Shown one piece after another: positions 1 to 15,672 of a stretch of 64,000 nt of DNA. The notes beneath the pieces were generated by a model. It did not search any database. It saw only the letters and a program-made list of their open reading frames with translations, and had not been told where the DNA came from. The position numbers and the translations under genes are program-made. This stretch comes from the human T2T-CHM13v2.0 reference genome, Homo sapiens, in assembly GCF_009914755.1 (NCBI RefSeq), contig NC_060940.1; one strand, given 5' to 3'. The first letter of the stretch is position 1; every line of letters begins with the position of its first letter.

Positions 1-764
1 CTCAAAAGAACAACAACAACAACAACAAAAAACCACAACACTTAGAAGAGTATCTAGCATATAGTAAGTGCTTCAGTGCTTTATACATGTCAGTTATTGG
101 TAGTACTCAAAATATTTGGGATTTAAAAGTTGGGGGATTTTTACATAAAAGGCACTTTTCCTCTTTGAGTGGTAAAATCTCCCCTAAGAAAGAGGCAAGG
201 ACAGATGGAGATGATCTGAGAGGCCCAAGAGATCCTTAAAACCAGGCTTTTTAAGAAATCTGATGTTTTATTTCTCCATATTGTCATGGAAAAGGCCAGC
301 TTTTAGCATGCCTGGTGTTTCTGGTGTTTTCTTCTCTTCACTGTTTTCTACATTTCTTTCTTTGCATTGGTCCTTTTTTTTTCTTTTTTTTTTTTTTAAT
401 AAAAAAAATAGCACAGCTCGGAGTCTTGCTTGCTGACTTACTGCTAGAGTGTGGGATCCATTGCTTCCATTTAGAGAAGCAGCCGGCCCTGGAATGTGGC
501 CGCAGGGCTGCCAGGCTGACTCTGTGAGCTGAGCTGGCCAGGAATGCACTTTGCAGCTTGCACTGAGTTTGGCCTTACGTCTGTGGAATTTCTTCTCTCT
601 TCTTACTCATTCGTGTCGTTAAATAAATAACAACACAAGCAGTGCATCCTCCCGGTTATAATGGCAAACAGTACAATGTGTTACAACACACAGTAGCTTG
701 AAGAGGATATCTCTCTCCTGTGGTAGATGCTTCATTCCCCAGAACTTCACTCCTCACCCCCAGA

Positions 765-952
765 ATAGGTTGCCCAGTTAACAGGATGCCTGGTTCAGTC
801 TGCATTTTGGGTAAACAAGGAACACCTTTTTAGTATAAGTATGTCCCAAATATTGCATAGCACCAACTTATCCTAAAACACTATTTGTTGTTTATGTGCT
901 ATTCAGGTTTAACTGGGCATTCTGTAGTTTTATTTGCTAAATCTGACAACTC
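765..952. mobile_element. MER53 palindromic MITE (hAT-like DNA transposon derivative)
   Basis: GGTTGCC...ACAGGATGCC...TTTTAGTATAAGTATGTCCCAAATATTGC...TTTAACTGGGCATTCTG...TTTGCTAAATCTGACAAC matches the remembered MER53 consensus and its fold-back symmetry. Confidence 0.85.
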
Positions 953-1034
953 CAGAGAGTCTCCTAGAACCAGTTTCCTGTATTTTCTTCCAGTAATTTT
1001 CCAAGCATGTGCAACCTATGGATATCTTGGCAGA

Positions 1035-1118
1035 CTTACTCCTGGTAGAATTCCCATCACCTAGAACAGTGCTTAGGACATTGTAGGTGCTTAATAAATA
1101 TGGGTTGAATGAGTGATT
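1035..1118 (+). mobile_element. L2 3' end
   Basis: CCTAGAACAGTGCTTAG..TAGGTGCTTAATAAATAT..TTGAATGAGTGA, typical L2 terminus. Confidence 0.7.
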
Positions 1119-1134
1119 GACTCTGTACCCACCC

Positions 1135-2150
1135 CATTTTTCTTCACATAAGTGGAAATATATTATAGTGTTGTTTCATATGTAGCTTTTCCTTTTAATA
1201 ATGTCTCATGGGGATTGATACATAGAGCTGCCTCATACTCCTCTAAGGGTTTCCTAGCATTCCCTTTTATGATGCATAATGTATTTAACCAGTCCCCTGA
1301 TGATCGACATTGGTGCTGTTGAGAGTCTTTAGCTATTATAAACAATAAGGTAATGAGCATTCCTATATATGTTTACCTCTGTGGGTTTGACGACATGCAA
1401 GGATAGGTGTCGCATTGGAATCATGAGGACGGAGGATATGTGCTTTAAAATGTGGATTGATGTTGCTGAATTGCTTTCTGTAGAGGATCTGTTCACACTT
1501 CCCTCAGACAGCTTGTTCCCCATCTCCTTACCAACATAGAATATTATCAAACTTTTTCATTTTGCCAATCTGATCAGTGAAAAACTAGTATCTCGCTATC
1601 ATCTTAATTTACATCTCTTTGCTTATGAGAACATTTTTATGTTTGAAAGCTCTATTTCTTTTTCTGTGAACTGCTTCTTCTTTTTTGCCTATTTTTTTCT
1701 ACTTATTGATTTTTAACAGGTTTTTGTTTGTGAAAGAACATGTCTGTTAGCCTGGCATATGTTTTATATATAATGTAATTTATAAAATTGGTGTTTAACT
1801 TTGAAAAAGTGATTTATTATGGATTTTTTAAACTCTGTAGACATTAAAAAATTCCTCAGTAGTCAATTTATGAGTCTTTTCTTCCACATATTCTACATTT
1901 TGTGTCTTGCTTAGAAAGGCCTCTTACTCAATGAGATTATAGAGGAATTCTCCCATATTTTCTTTTACTACTTTAACTTCTTTTTTTTTGCATTTAAATC
2001 TTTAATCCATCTGGAATTTATTTTGGTTTTAGGAGGGAGGTGAGGATCTAGCTTTATTTTTTACCAGATGGCCAGCCAGTTGTCCCAATACCATTTATTG
2101 AATAATCCATCGCTTCCCACAGAATTGAAATGCTGCCTTTATCATATATT
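1135..2150 (-). mobile_element. old L1M (L1ME-like) fragment
   Basis: TTTTGCCAATCTGAT, TTTAATCCATCTGGAATTTATTTTG, CAGTTGTCCCAATACCATTTATTGAATAATCC are antisense L1 3'/ORF2 motifs. Confidence 0.75.
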
Positions 2151-2377
2151 AAATTGTGGAGGAGGGATTTTATACTCATTTTCTGACAGCCTCCAGTGCC
2201 AGCTAGGCAGCAAGGATTTTAGGGGGTTTCAGCTGACTAGAGGCAAAGATCCTGACCTGAAGGATAACCGCAATTTATTAAACCAGAAATACTCTGTGTA
2301 GGAACAGTGGGTTTCCTGGGTGGGGACAGGGTTGGGGTGGGGGAAAGTGAGTGTCCCGTGCTGGGAGGAATTTAGTT

Positions 2378-2590
2378 ACAGCAAGATTTCTCAACCTTGG
2401 CATTATTGACATTGGGGGGTGGAATAGGTCTTTGTTGGAGCCTGTCCCATGTAGTGTAGGATGTTTAGCAGCATCCTTGGTCTCTACCCAGTATACACCA
2501 GTATTAACTTCACCCTGATTTGTAACAATCAAAAATGTCTCCAAACATTGCCCTGGGTGGCAAAATCATCTTCAGTTGAGAATTACTGCT
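2378..2590 (+). mobile_element. MER20 (hAT-Charlie)
   Basis: TTCTCAACCTTGGCA.TATTGACATT...GTAGGATGTTTAGCAGCATCC...AAAAATGTCTCCA.ACATTGCC...GTTGAGAATTACTG. Confidence 0.85.
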
Positions 2591-2624
2591 TTATCAAGCC
2601 TGGGTCGAGCAGACCTCCCATCCA

Positions 2625-2904
2625 TTTCTTTTAAACAGAGGCAGGGTCTTGTTCCGTTGCCCATGCAGTGCATGATGTGATCATAGCTCACTGCAGCCTC
2701 AAATTCCTGGCTCAAGCCATCCTCCTGCCTCAGCCTCTGGGGAAGCTAGGACTATACCACATGCCCAGCTAATTTTTTAGTTTTTGTAGAGACAGGGTCT
2801 TACTATGTTGCATAGGCTGGTCTCAAACTGCTGGCCACAAGCAATCCTCTTGCCTAGGCCTCCTGAAGCACTGGGATTATGGGCGTGAGCCACTGTGCCC
2901 AGCC
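2625..2904 (-). mobile_element. AluJ
   Basis: antisense Alu dimer with J-type ATAGCTCACTGCAGCCTC. Confidence 0.9.
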
Positions 2905-3878
2905 TGAACAGACCGTTGATTAGATGCATGTGAGGCCCTTTCTTGTTCTGAGAGTCTGTCATCAGCAGTATCAATGGCTCCAGATGTCTGGGAGGCAGGA
3001 AGGGAGGTGCCTATCTATCTCAGAGACCAGAACACCCAGATTTCTGGTATGAGTGTGGGGTCTGTGGGGAAAGGGTGGAACCATACCGGTCGACTCTGGG
3101 AGGAACAGAGGTTCCCACCTAGCCCTACAGGTGAATCTTGCAAAACTCCCTAGGACCTGCCTGGGAGCCTAGCCATTCCCCCTGCTAACCACACCCCCAG
3201 ACAACAAGGCCTGGCCATGGATCCAGGAACAATGACTCTGAGAACCGGAGGTGGCAGATGTTTTGTGATTTAACAGCATATCGGTTTATTGTCTTATTTT
3301 TCTTAGGAGTAAAAGAGTCCATGGGTGTATTGTTGGGGGCAGCAGGAAGCACACGTGTCTATTCGGAGATTTGGGGCAGCAGGTGGGGAGAGAAAGTCCA
3401 TCTAGACGAGGGAGGTGTGGGAGTGAGATGGAAGAGGAGAGGGAAGTGGGTGGAATCCCTGGGAGCTGGGGGAAGGAGGAAAACACAGAGAGGAGCTGGC
3501 TGAGGTTTGAGCAAGGCCTCTGGAGATTGGTGAGAGCTGGGGCGGCGGGGATTCTTTATGACAGTGCTGCAGAGGGAAAAAGGATTGTTGCTGAGTTGGG
3601 TGGAGGTAGGTAGGAGTGATTTGAAGAAGGAGGTCCCCTTGGGAAGTTGCATTAGTGGGTGAATGGGGGTTTTATAGGCCAGGCAGAGAATATGGGGAGG
3701 GCAACTCCAGCAGATGAACAGCTTTTGCAAGACACCTGTGTGGAGCATGTGGCACCACCTGAGCGTCCTCCCCAGGTGCGGCTCTAACACAGGTGCAGGT
3801 TATGTTGGGAGATAGAGAGCCAGAACTCAGGAGTGCCTTGGGTGCCTTGCTGTAAGATTTGGGCTTTCCCTTTATTTC

Positions 3879-4155
<277 letters not shown>

Positions 4156-4614
4156 TGGGCTTTCCCTTTATTTCAAAACACTCCTCACCCACTCAATATA
4201 GAAAACCAAAAAATAGAGGTGAGCAAAAGGAAGAGAGTGAAGAACAGCGTGGTGTCACCCACCCAGTGGCCACCTCCATAAACGCTGTCCAGTTTCCTCT
4301 GCACGTCCTTAGCATGCTCCCTGCACACCCACTGGGACACCAGCTTTGTGAAGGCAGGGGTTTGTTTTGTTTTGTTTACAGAGCTAGGCGAACAGTTGGC
4401 ACTCAGTAACTGTGTAATGAATGGATCTGTACTGCAAACCTGATATCACTTGCTCTTTTCACTTCGAAGTTCATGATTCGCTTCCTTGTTAGTAGATACC
4501 TTTCTGGGACAGGTTTTTAATGGGCACAAATTATTGGACTGGGTAAATAGGCCACATTTCACGGAACCAACACCCTCCTGCTTTTTATCAGTTTTCTTCC
4601 ACATTCCTCTATCA

Positions 4615-5353
4615 CAAGTGCTTTCATTTGTTTGGGCTGCTGTAACCATGGGTGGCTTAAGTGACGGAAATGTATTTTCTCACAGTTCTGGAGCTGGAGG
4701 TCTGAGGTTCTTGGCGAGACCCTCCTCTTGGCTTATAGATAACCTCTTTCTCCTTGTATTCTCACGTGGCAGAGAGCAGAGAGAGGAAATCAGCTCTCTC
4801 ATGTCCCTTTTTAAAAATTCACATACATTTAAGTTCAAGTGCAGTTTTATTACATGGGTATATTGCATGGTGGTGAAGTCTGAGCTTTTTGAGTAACCAT
4901 CACCCAAATAATGTACATTGTATCTACTAAGTAATTTCTCATCCCTCACCCTCTTCCCACCCTCCCAAGTCACTATCATTCCACACTCTATGTCCGTGCA
5001 CACACATTATAAGCTCCCACTTATAAGTGAGAACATGCGGTATTTGGCTTTCTGTTTCTGAGTTGTTTCAGTTAAAATATTGACCTCTAGTTCCTTCCAT
5101 ATTGCTGCAAAAGATGCGATTTCATTCCTTTTATGGCTGAGTAGTATTCTGTGGTGTATATAGACCACATTTGCTTCATCCATTTTGAGTCCCTTCTTAT
5201 AAGGGCCTTGATCCCATTCAGAAAGTCTCCATGATCTGATCTAATCTCATGATCTAATCACCTCCCAAAGGCCCCACCTCCTAAAAGCAACACACTGGGG
5301 GGTTAGGCTTCAACCAATTAATCTGTAGAGGACAAACACGTTCAGTCCATAGC
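4615..5353 (-). mobile_element. MLT1A-like MaLR LTR, interrupted by an L1 3' end
   Basis: TTTCTCACAGTTCTGGAG.CTGGA, CTAATCACCTCCCAAAGGCCCCACCTCC, TTCAGTCCATAGCA terminus. Confidence 0.8.
4808..5184 (-). mobile_element. L1PB/L1MA 3' end nested in MLT1A
   Basis: GCTCCCACTTATAAGTGAGAACATGCGGTATTTGG, TTTATGGCTGAGTAGTATTC. Confidence 0.85.
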
Positions 5354-5979
5354 AGGAAGCAGTGCCGCCATGGGGAAGAGCATTGTCGTGAAACCTTTTG
5401 CCCCTCTTGTTGAGTTTTCTCCTCCAGCACACCCTGAACATGCTGACAGTGTCACCTTCCTCTTTACTTGTCCCTCTTCCACTCCAAGTTGCCTCCTGGC
5501 TTCCCAGTGTCTCTGTGGGCTTGAGACCAGAGCTTGTCATAAGAGATAGATGACGTCACTTGATGGAAAGAGTCAAGTGCAGTGACCAGCACATAGAAGG
5601 CGGCCATCAACATTGGTTTCATCCTTTAGAGCAAAGTTTCCCCAAGCGCCTGGTGTGCACTGGTGAGATTTGGGGACGGGGTGGTACTTAAGACCTGGCA
5701 CTAATTAACACTAGATCACTGTGTGGGAAACATAGTCCCTTTTCTGTTCTCTTCAAATCCTTCTGATCGGGCTGAGGAGAAAGCCTCAGGTTGGTGCTGA
5801 TGTGCTTTTTTCTCCCAGACCCCCATCCTAACAGAAACAGAGCAGGTCTCAGGCTCGGGCCGTTAGGCAATGATGTCAAGCCAGAATGAACTAACATTAT
5901 TTTGTTCTCGTTGTGTTTTATTTTCATGGGAAACTTAGAGTTATATTCAGAGATATTGATTTTTTTAATCCCATTTAAA

Positions 5980-6862
5980 AATAATGTTTTAATTGAGATA
6001 AAATTCATATAATGTAAAATTCACATTTTAACCATTTAAAATGTACAATTCAGTGGTTTTAAACATATTTATAATGTTGTAAGCCATCACCACTATTTAA
6101 TTCCAGAACATTCTCATCACCCCCGAAAGAAACCCTGAACCCCATTAGCAGTCGCTCTCCATTTTTTTTCTCTCTTCCCTGCGGCCCCTGGTAACCAACA
6201 AACTAATTCCGTTTCTGTAGATTTGCCTATCCTAGACATTTTGTATAAATAGAATCATACAATGAATGATCCTTTGTGACTGGCTTCTTAGAATAATGTT
6301 TTCAAGGCTCATCCAAGGCATGTATCAGTACCTCATTCCTCTTAATGGTTAGATCACTTTCCATTGGGTGGATGGACCATATTTTGTCTATTTATTCATC
6401 AATTAGTGAGCATTTGAGTTGTTTCCACTTTTTGGCTGTTATAAATAGCCATAAACGTATATATGCTTTTTTTTTTTTTTTTTTTTTTTTTTTTTGAGAC
6501 AAGGTCACCCAGGCTGGAGCGCAGTGGCACAATCACAGCTCATTGCAGCCTTGAACTCCCAGGCTCAAGTGATCATCTTCCACCTCAGCTTCCCAGATAG
6601 CTGGGACTACAGGCATGTGCCACTATGCCCAACTGATTTGTTTATTTTTTGTAGACACAGGGTCTCACTTTATTGCCCAGGCTGTTCTTCAACTCCTGAG
6701 CTCAAGTGATCCACCCACCTCGGCCTCCCAAAGTGCTGGGATTACAGGCATGCGCTACCATGCCTGGTCCAATTTTTTGTATAAGCATGTTTTCAATTCT
6801 CTTGGGTGTCTTCCTAGGAGTGGAATTGCTGGGCCCTATAAGAGCTCTGTGTTTAACTTTTG
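5980..6862 (-). mobile_element. L1MB 3' end interrupted by an Alu
   Basis: GTACAATTCAGTGGTTTT, TTCCAGAACATT.TCATCACCCC, CCTAGGAGTGGAATTGCTGGG. Confidence 0.8.
6467..6769 (-). mobile_element. AluJ
   Basis: poly-T plus antisense Alu dimer. Confidence 0.9.
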
Positions 6863-6989
6863 CAGGCCATTTCCTGAGTGACTTTAAGTTGAAAAGTAAG
6901 TCAGTTTAAAGAAAACTATTAATCATATTGCAGATGGTGTGTGGACATGACAAACGTCATAAACGTGGTTTGCAGTGATGGAAGAGTAG

Positions 6990-7471
<482 letters not shown>

Positions 7472-7709
7472 GCGCCACCCCTTTATACCCTCCAGGGAGC
7501 TGGACTTTTCAGAGATCATCTTTCACTTAGAATCTACCGTTTAACCCTTAATTGCATTTCCCCTCATATTATTATACTCACTAATGATTTTGTTGGAGAA
7601 TCTTTTGCCTCTGCTATAAGCCACTTGAGGGTAGCATCTATATTCAAGTAGTCCATTGTTCCTCTCATAGTGCAGCCTCACCTGATCAATGGTGAACAGC
7701 TGCTGATGA

Positions 7710-8429
<720 letters not shown>

Positions 8430-9352
8430 AAATCAGATTGTTTCACAGACTTCAGAATGGAGGCTGAGGTTCAAGGAGGTGGACACCAGGCAGCCCTGGG
8501 AGGCCATCTTCCATCCAGTATGTAGAGTAAGGAACAGGAAAGCAGGTGTACCGAGAGGCAAGAACCATGAATATGGACAAGGAGAAGCCGAGAGGACACA
8601 AGGGGAGACCCAACTGTCTTCCAGTTCCCAGTTCTCTTCCTTTCCTTCAGCCAGACCGACCTTCCTCCTATTGGGCCCAAATCATGTCAAAAAAAAAAAA
8701 TCTGACTGGCCAGGCTTAGTCAAGGAGGGGATCATAGAGTCCCAGTGCCATGGGTGAGGGAGGCAGTCAGTGTAGACATCATATCACTGGGGAGATAAGC
8801 CTTCAATGGTGCCCACTATTGGGTGAAAAGGCAGACCTGGAGCTCTGAACTTCAGCTTCCCCTTCTTCCCAAGGTTGTAGAAGTGGGAAAGCCAAGCTAG
8901 TCATTTCTGAGTGCGGGAGGAGAATAATGTGACAAAAATGGTTAACATCAGACTAGCTAGCCTTGAAAGCTTGAGTCTGAACGGTGATATCTTAGGAGAG
9001 GGGAAAAAATAAGCATGAAGCTGTGGCTCTGCTCCATTTCTGGGGAAGGAAGCTCTTCTGACTTTTCTGGCTCAGTGCAGGAAGGGTTGAAGAATCTCTT
9101 AAAATCTCCTGAGTCCTCTTTGTCCTTCATCTCAGAATTCCTGTGCAGGTGATGTTTGGCTTTATGCTCCGCGAAAGGAAAAGGGAACTTGGCTCCCTCC
9201 CTCCAGGGACTGTTGCTGCTCCTCTGAGTTTCCTTAGCTTAAGCTGTGCCCCCTGTGTGCCATTTGCCTTGGGACAGAGATGGCCCCCATTTTCCAATCC
9301 TGTTGTAGGGGTGGGAATGCTCCCCAGTATGTGGAAATATCCCCAAGCTGTG

Positions 9353-9632
9353 TTTTTTTTTTCTTTTCTTTTGGGGCAGGCTCTTGTGTTGCCCAGGCTG
9401 GAGTGCAGTAGCACAATCATAGCTCACTGCAGCCTCAAATTCCCAGGCTCAAGCAATCTTGCTTCAGCCTCCCGAGTTCCTAAGTAGCTGAGACTACAGG
9501 CATGTGCCTCCCTGCCCAGCTAATTTTCATTTTATTTTATTATTTTTGGGATGAGGTCTTGTTATGTTGCCCGGGCTCATGTCAAACTCCTGGCCTCAAG
9601 TGATCCTTCTGCCTCAGCTTCCTGAACAGCTG
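9353..9632 (-). mobile_element. AluJ
   Basis: antisense Alu, CATAGCTCACTGCAGCCTC. Confidence 0.88.
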
Positions 9633-9834
9633 AAATATCCCTAGGCTTTTAAGCCTCAGTTACTTAATCAACACAGTGGGGCCAGTACAGCCCATCATTG
9701 GCATTTGTGGATTTGGCAGTGGTGGTTCCTTTTCTCATTAGCTACCCAGAAGATCCTTAGCACAGCATCATAAGTCACTGTCTTGAAACTCCACCCTGAA
9801 TTGGATGCTTGGTGAGCATCTGGGAGAGGCAGAA

Positions 9835-10055
9835 TGGTGTTGGAACCAAGATTGTGGGCTCTGGAGTGAGATTTCTCTGTAAGTCTGGACACCACCCCTT
9901 GGTTGGGTGATCTTGGGCAAATTAATTAATGTCTCTATGCCTCATTTTCCTTGCCCATAAGTGGGGATGACATAGCACCCACCTCACAAGGCTGTTGGGA
10001 GGTTTAAATGAGTTAAGACCTGCACAGCCCTTAGAACAGGGAGCTTTCAATATGT
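9835..10055 (+). mobile_element. MIR
   Basis: GTGATCTTGGGCAAATT..TCTCTATGCCTCA.TTTCC..ACCTCACAAGGCTGTTG.GAGG.TTAAATGAG. Confidence 0.75.
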
Positions 10056-10751
10056 GTTGGCCACAGCTCTTGTGCCCAATCGATTTCACTCATTTGGGCA
10101 ATGCCTGGGTTCTAGATGAAGGGGGAGGAGGCTGCCTGTAGTGTCTTCTTCATGGGCCAGTCCAGCTCTGCAGTGGACTGTACTGGTGATGTCCACCGTG
10201 CCTCAGCTTTTAAGCATATATTCTCCTTGAAAACTATTTAAGCAGAACACACTGGGGTCAAGCCAGTCCAAGCCAGATGTTTGGGGTCCTGGGTGCTTCT
10301 GTTTTCTCCATGTCTGTTTACCTTTAACAAGATGGATGGGGGCTGTGAAGCCCCTCTGGGCAGCCTTTTCTGGCTGTGACATGCACCAGAAACCCACTTT
10401 TGGCCTGTTTGCACTGTGTTAGAAAACAGCAGGTGCAGTTGGCAGCCTCTCCCCTACCCCTTCTCCCGTTAGCCCCTGATCTCTGGGGACTCCTTAGACT
10501 AGTGCAGTTTTAATGAATACACATTACTGTTTACATGACTGAAATGAGAGGCTGGCTGCTTATTTTATGCTGAGGTTTACAGCCCTGCCTTTTAAAACCC
10601 TCTCTCCCTTGCTCTGCTTCTGGCCATGGCGATATTTTCTGGCGGCCCCTATGCTGTCCCTCCAAATAAGGAATTCACCATGAAGTCCTGCAGCAGTGTC
10701 AGAGCCATTGCCTTGCCCCGGAAGGAGTGAACTGTGTAGAACAAAAGCAGA

Positions 10752-11067
10752 GGCTGGGAGCTGTAGTTCACGCCTGTAACCCCAGCACTTCGGGAGGCAG
10801 AGGCAGAAGGATTGCTTGAGCCCAAGAGGTCTAGACCAGCCCTGACAACACAGTGGGACCCCAGTCTCTATAAAAAATACAAAATACAAAAATACAAAAA
10901 TTGATGACCTGCACCTGTAGTCCCAGCTACTAGTGGACACTGAAGTAGGATGATTGCATGAGCCCAGGAGGTGGAGGCTGCAGTGAGCTTTGATTGCACC
11001 ACTGCATTCCAGCCTGGGCAAGAGTGAGACTCTCTATCAAAAAAAAAAAAAAAAAAAAAAAAAAAAA
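10752..11067 (+). mobile_element. AluJ with TSD
   Basis: sense Alu, poly-A, TSD AAAAGCAGA at 10743 and 11064. Confidence 0.9.
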
Positions 11068-11291
11068 GCAGAAAGATGGATTCTTTATTTTTTTAATTTA
11101 AAAATACTTTTTACAATTCTTAAATGCTTGCTTATGATAGAACAATTAGAAAATGAAGGTATACAAAGAGAAGAAAATAAAAATCACCTCTAATTCCACT
11201 ACTCAGAAAAAACTCGATCGTTAACATTCCTGTTTATGTTTTAGCATATTTTAATCAATCTACATTTATATGTATTTTAAATTAAAATTAG

Positions 11292-11756
<465 letters not shown>

Positions 11757-12111
11757 TAATTGTTTCTATGGTCTCATTTGTAGAAAGGTTAACATTAAAT
11801 TTCGAATAGTTATATGTACTCACTGGTTCAAAATTAAAAAGGCACAAGAGCTTTAATACTTTTATTGAAAGATTTCTCTCCTATCCCTAGCCCTTAGGCC
11901 ACTCTGTTCACCTCCTTTTTGGCACCCAATATTCAACTAATAATACCAATTTATTGTGTATACTTCTGGAAATAGTTCATAATGTACATGCACATCATAT
12001 ACATTTATTTTTCTCTTCCTCAAACACGTACATTCAAATGTTAGCTTACCTTGCTTTCTTCACTTCACAATATCCTGTATCTTGGTGTTTGTTCCATGTC
12101 AGTGCATATAG

Positions 12112-12428
<317 letters not shown>

Positions 12429-12439
12429 GTCTCATTCTA

Positions 12440-12730
12440 TTTTTATTTATTTATTTTTTGAGACAGAGTCTCGCTCTGTTGCCCAGACCGGAGTGCAGTG
12501 GTCTTGGGTCACTGCAACCTCCACTTTCCAGGTTCATGTGATTCTTCCACCTCAGTTTCCTGACTAGCTGGGATTACAGGTGTGTGCTACCACACCCGGC
12601 TAATTTTTGTGTTTTTAGTAGAGATAGGGTTTTGCCATGTTGCCCGAGCTGGTCTCAAACTCCTGACTTCAGATGATCCACCTGCCTCCCAAAGGGTTGG
12701 GATTACTGGCGTGAGCCACCACGCCCGGCC
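12440..12730 (-). mobile_element. AluS
   Basis: antisense Alu dimer, (TTTA)n tail. Confidence 0.9.
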
Positions 12731-13696
12731 ACCTCATTCTGTTTTATGATTGCATCGTGGTCCATAGTATGGGCATCCCTGGGGTGTTTCCAAAATTGGG
12801 ATATATTGACTCAGAAACCCTTCCTGTGGTTCTGTCCAAGCTCCTTGTTCATATGACCTGGCCTGGGGTGACTGGAGGAAGGATGTCCATTCGGAGATTA
12901 GGAGGGACTGCAGCTCTCGATTATGAATGGGATTGGCCTCCACAGGCCTGAGTGACAAGGACAAAGCAGAGCTGGTGAGCCCCATGCCAGGTGGCGGTCA
13001 CTGGTGGAAGGCCATTTGTGACTTCTCTGCAGTTCTCCAGATGGACCACATTTAAAACAGAGGCACTGCCATTCATTTCTACTTGGTTGAGGAAAGGTTT
13101 CATCGCAGGCCCAGAGAGAGGATCAGATGTTTTTTGCAGTTTCTGGCAAGACATTAGTGGGTATCAGAGGGTAAGTGATCTCGTAAAGCTGACTCAAAGC
13201 AAGAGAAAATTTCGTGTCTGTCTTAGAAACACATTTGCCTCCAAAGGGAAGGCAGGGTGTGGAGGACTAATCAACGCATTTCACATTTGGTTTCTTTGTC
13301 TTTCTTGGTGATCTTACGTGACTAGCCCTGAATATTTTGCATATGTCAAGGAAACATTTCAAATTACTAAGATGAGAGGAAAATATGGGGAATGAATAAA
13401 ATGGGGTTTATCAGCAAGAACAGCAAAAGACTTCTTAGAGCCGGCTGGGGATTGTTTTGTGAATCTCTAAACAAGAGGGGCAGTTTGACTTGGGGATGGG
13501 GGATGTTTTGACACTTGGAGGGATGGGAGGGAGCCAACAAAGATGTAAAGCAAAACTGGGATGGTGGTGATGGAGAAGCAGTGGGGGTTTCTATGGGAAG
13601 ACATAGGAAATAATGATCTGTCCTTCACAGAGTAGGTGAGGTCTACTAGAAGATACTTATCTTTTCCCTAAATTTCAGTCAACTTCACATGATTAA

Positions 13697-14066
<370 letters not shown>

Positions 14067-14924
14067 TAAGAGATGAAATGAAACTAATATCTAATCAAAT
14101 CTAAGCATCAAGCAATTAAAAATATTTTCTTAAATAACTATTGAGTTAAATAGGACTCAAAAGTACAATTGCAGAGAGGCTATAAATGAAAAAAAATAGA
14201 GTGCTATATAAAACAATGGATAAGATCAGCCAATGCTGTGCTTGCAGATAAGTTCATAGCTTTAATACTTTTATGATTAAGGATTGAGATGACTTGCTTT
14301 GAGCATAATCTGGCTATTCACTTATTCTAAGGAACTTGTCATGGCTCAAACATGTTTCTAGTATCCTCTTTAGAAATTCCGTTTAGATACAGTTTTCTTT
14401 ATTAAACCTTCTAAGGTGACTATTTCAAAGATGAAACATTCATTTTGTTGTTTAAATTAACATGTATTTTTTAAAGGGTTATGTAAATGTGTTATCCATC
14501 AAGTATATCTTTGAGCCTTCATCACAGTGTGATGTAAGGGATATAAGTTGTTAAGGATCCAGCAGTAGAGAAAGTTTCTGCACAAAAGTAACTATAGCTC
14601 TATTACTTTTGGAATATTCCCTAGGATACATCCAAAACCAAATCAAATTATACTACTTATAAAACACATTTGGAAAGATACTATGTGAATATGCTTTGAA
14701 TACTGAGGCTTATGTTAGAACAGAGTCATGGACGAATTTGCAAAAAAAAAAAAAAACCTCCAAAATTTCCTGGAGTCTGACAAAAATACCGGATAGGGTT
14801 CCTGAATATATTTTCATGATCTTTGCTATATAACCAGATATCTCTATATTTTGAAATGGATCATATTTTATTAGTTTTTCTTAGTACACAAGCAACATGC
14901 TATCATTGCAGATGCCAGAAAGTA

Positions 14925-15672
14925 GGATCACATTGTTGTGCTATAGATCTCCAGAACTTCTTTATCTTGCAAAACTCAAAAACTCTATCATTTCTCAAAC
15001 TCAAAACTCAACAATTCTCCATTCCCTCTTCCTCCACCCCATGGCCACCACCATTCTACTTTGTCTCTATGAATTTGAATACTATAGGTATCTCATATAA
15101 GTGGAATCATCCAGTATTTGTCATCTTAAGATTTCTTTCTTTGTGTAACGTTATCAAGGTTGATCCACATTGTTGCGTGTGTCAGAAGTTCCCTTCTCTT
15201 TTAAAGGCTGAATATTTCATTGCTTTATAGACTGCACTTTTTTATCCATTCATTTGTCAATGGACAGTTGGATTGCTCTCATCTTTTGGCTATTGTGAAT
15301 AATGCTGCTATGAACAGGAGTGTACAAATATCTCTTCAAGGCCCTGTTTTCAATTCTTTTGGCTATGAACCCAGAAGTGGAATTGCTAGATTAAATGGTA
15401 ATTCTATTTTTAATTTGTTGAGAACCACCATACTTGTTTTCATAGTGGCTGCACCATTTTGCATTCCCATCAACAGTGCACAAGGATTTTTCCACATCCT
15501 CACCAGCACATGTTATTTTCTTTTTCTTTTTTTGATAGTAGCCATTTAATGGGTATGAGGTGGTATCTCATTGTGGTTTTTGATTTGCATTTTGCTAATG
15601 AGTGATGCTGAGCATCTTTTCATGTGCTTATTGGCCATTTATGTGTCTTCTTTGGAGAAATTCTATTCAAGT
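14925..15672 (-). mobile_element. L1MA/MB 3' end
   Basis: AGATCTCCAGAACTT, GCTATTGTGAATAATGCTGCTATGAACA, GTCTTCTTTGGAGAAAT.TCTATTCAAGT. Confidence 0.85.

Noticed and set aside
12991-13311. 106-aa ORF
   Set aside because: GTG start and no similarity I recognise; kept only as a possible non-coding exon.
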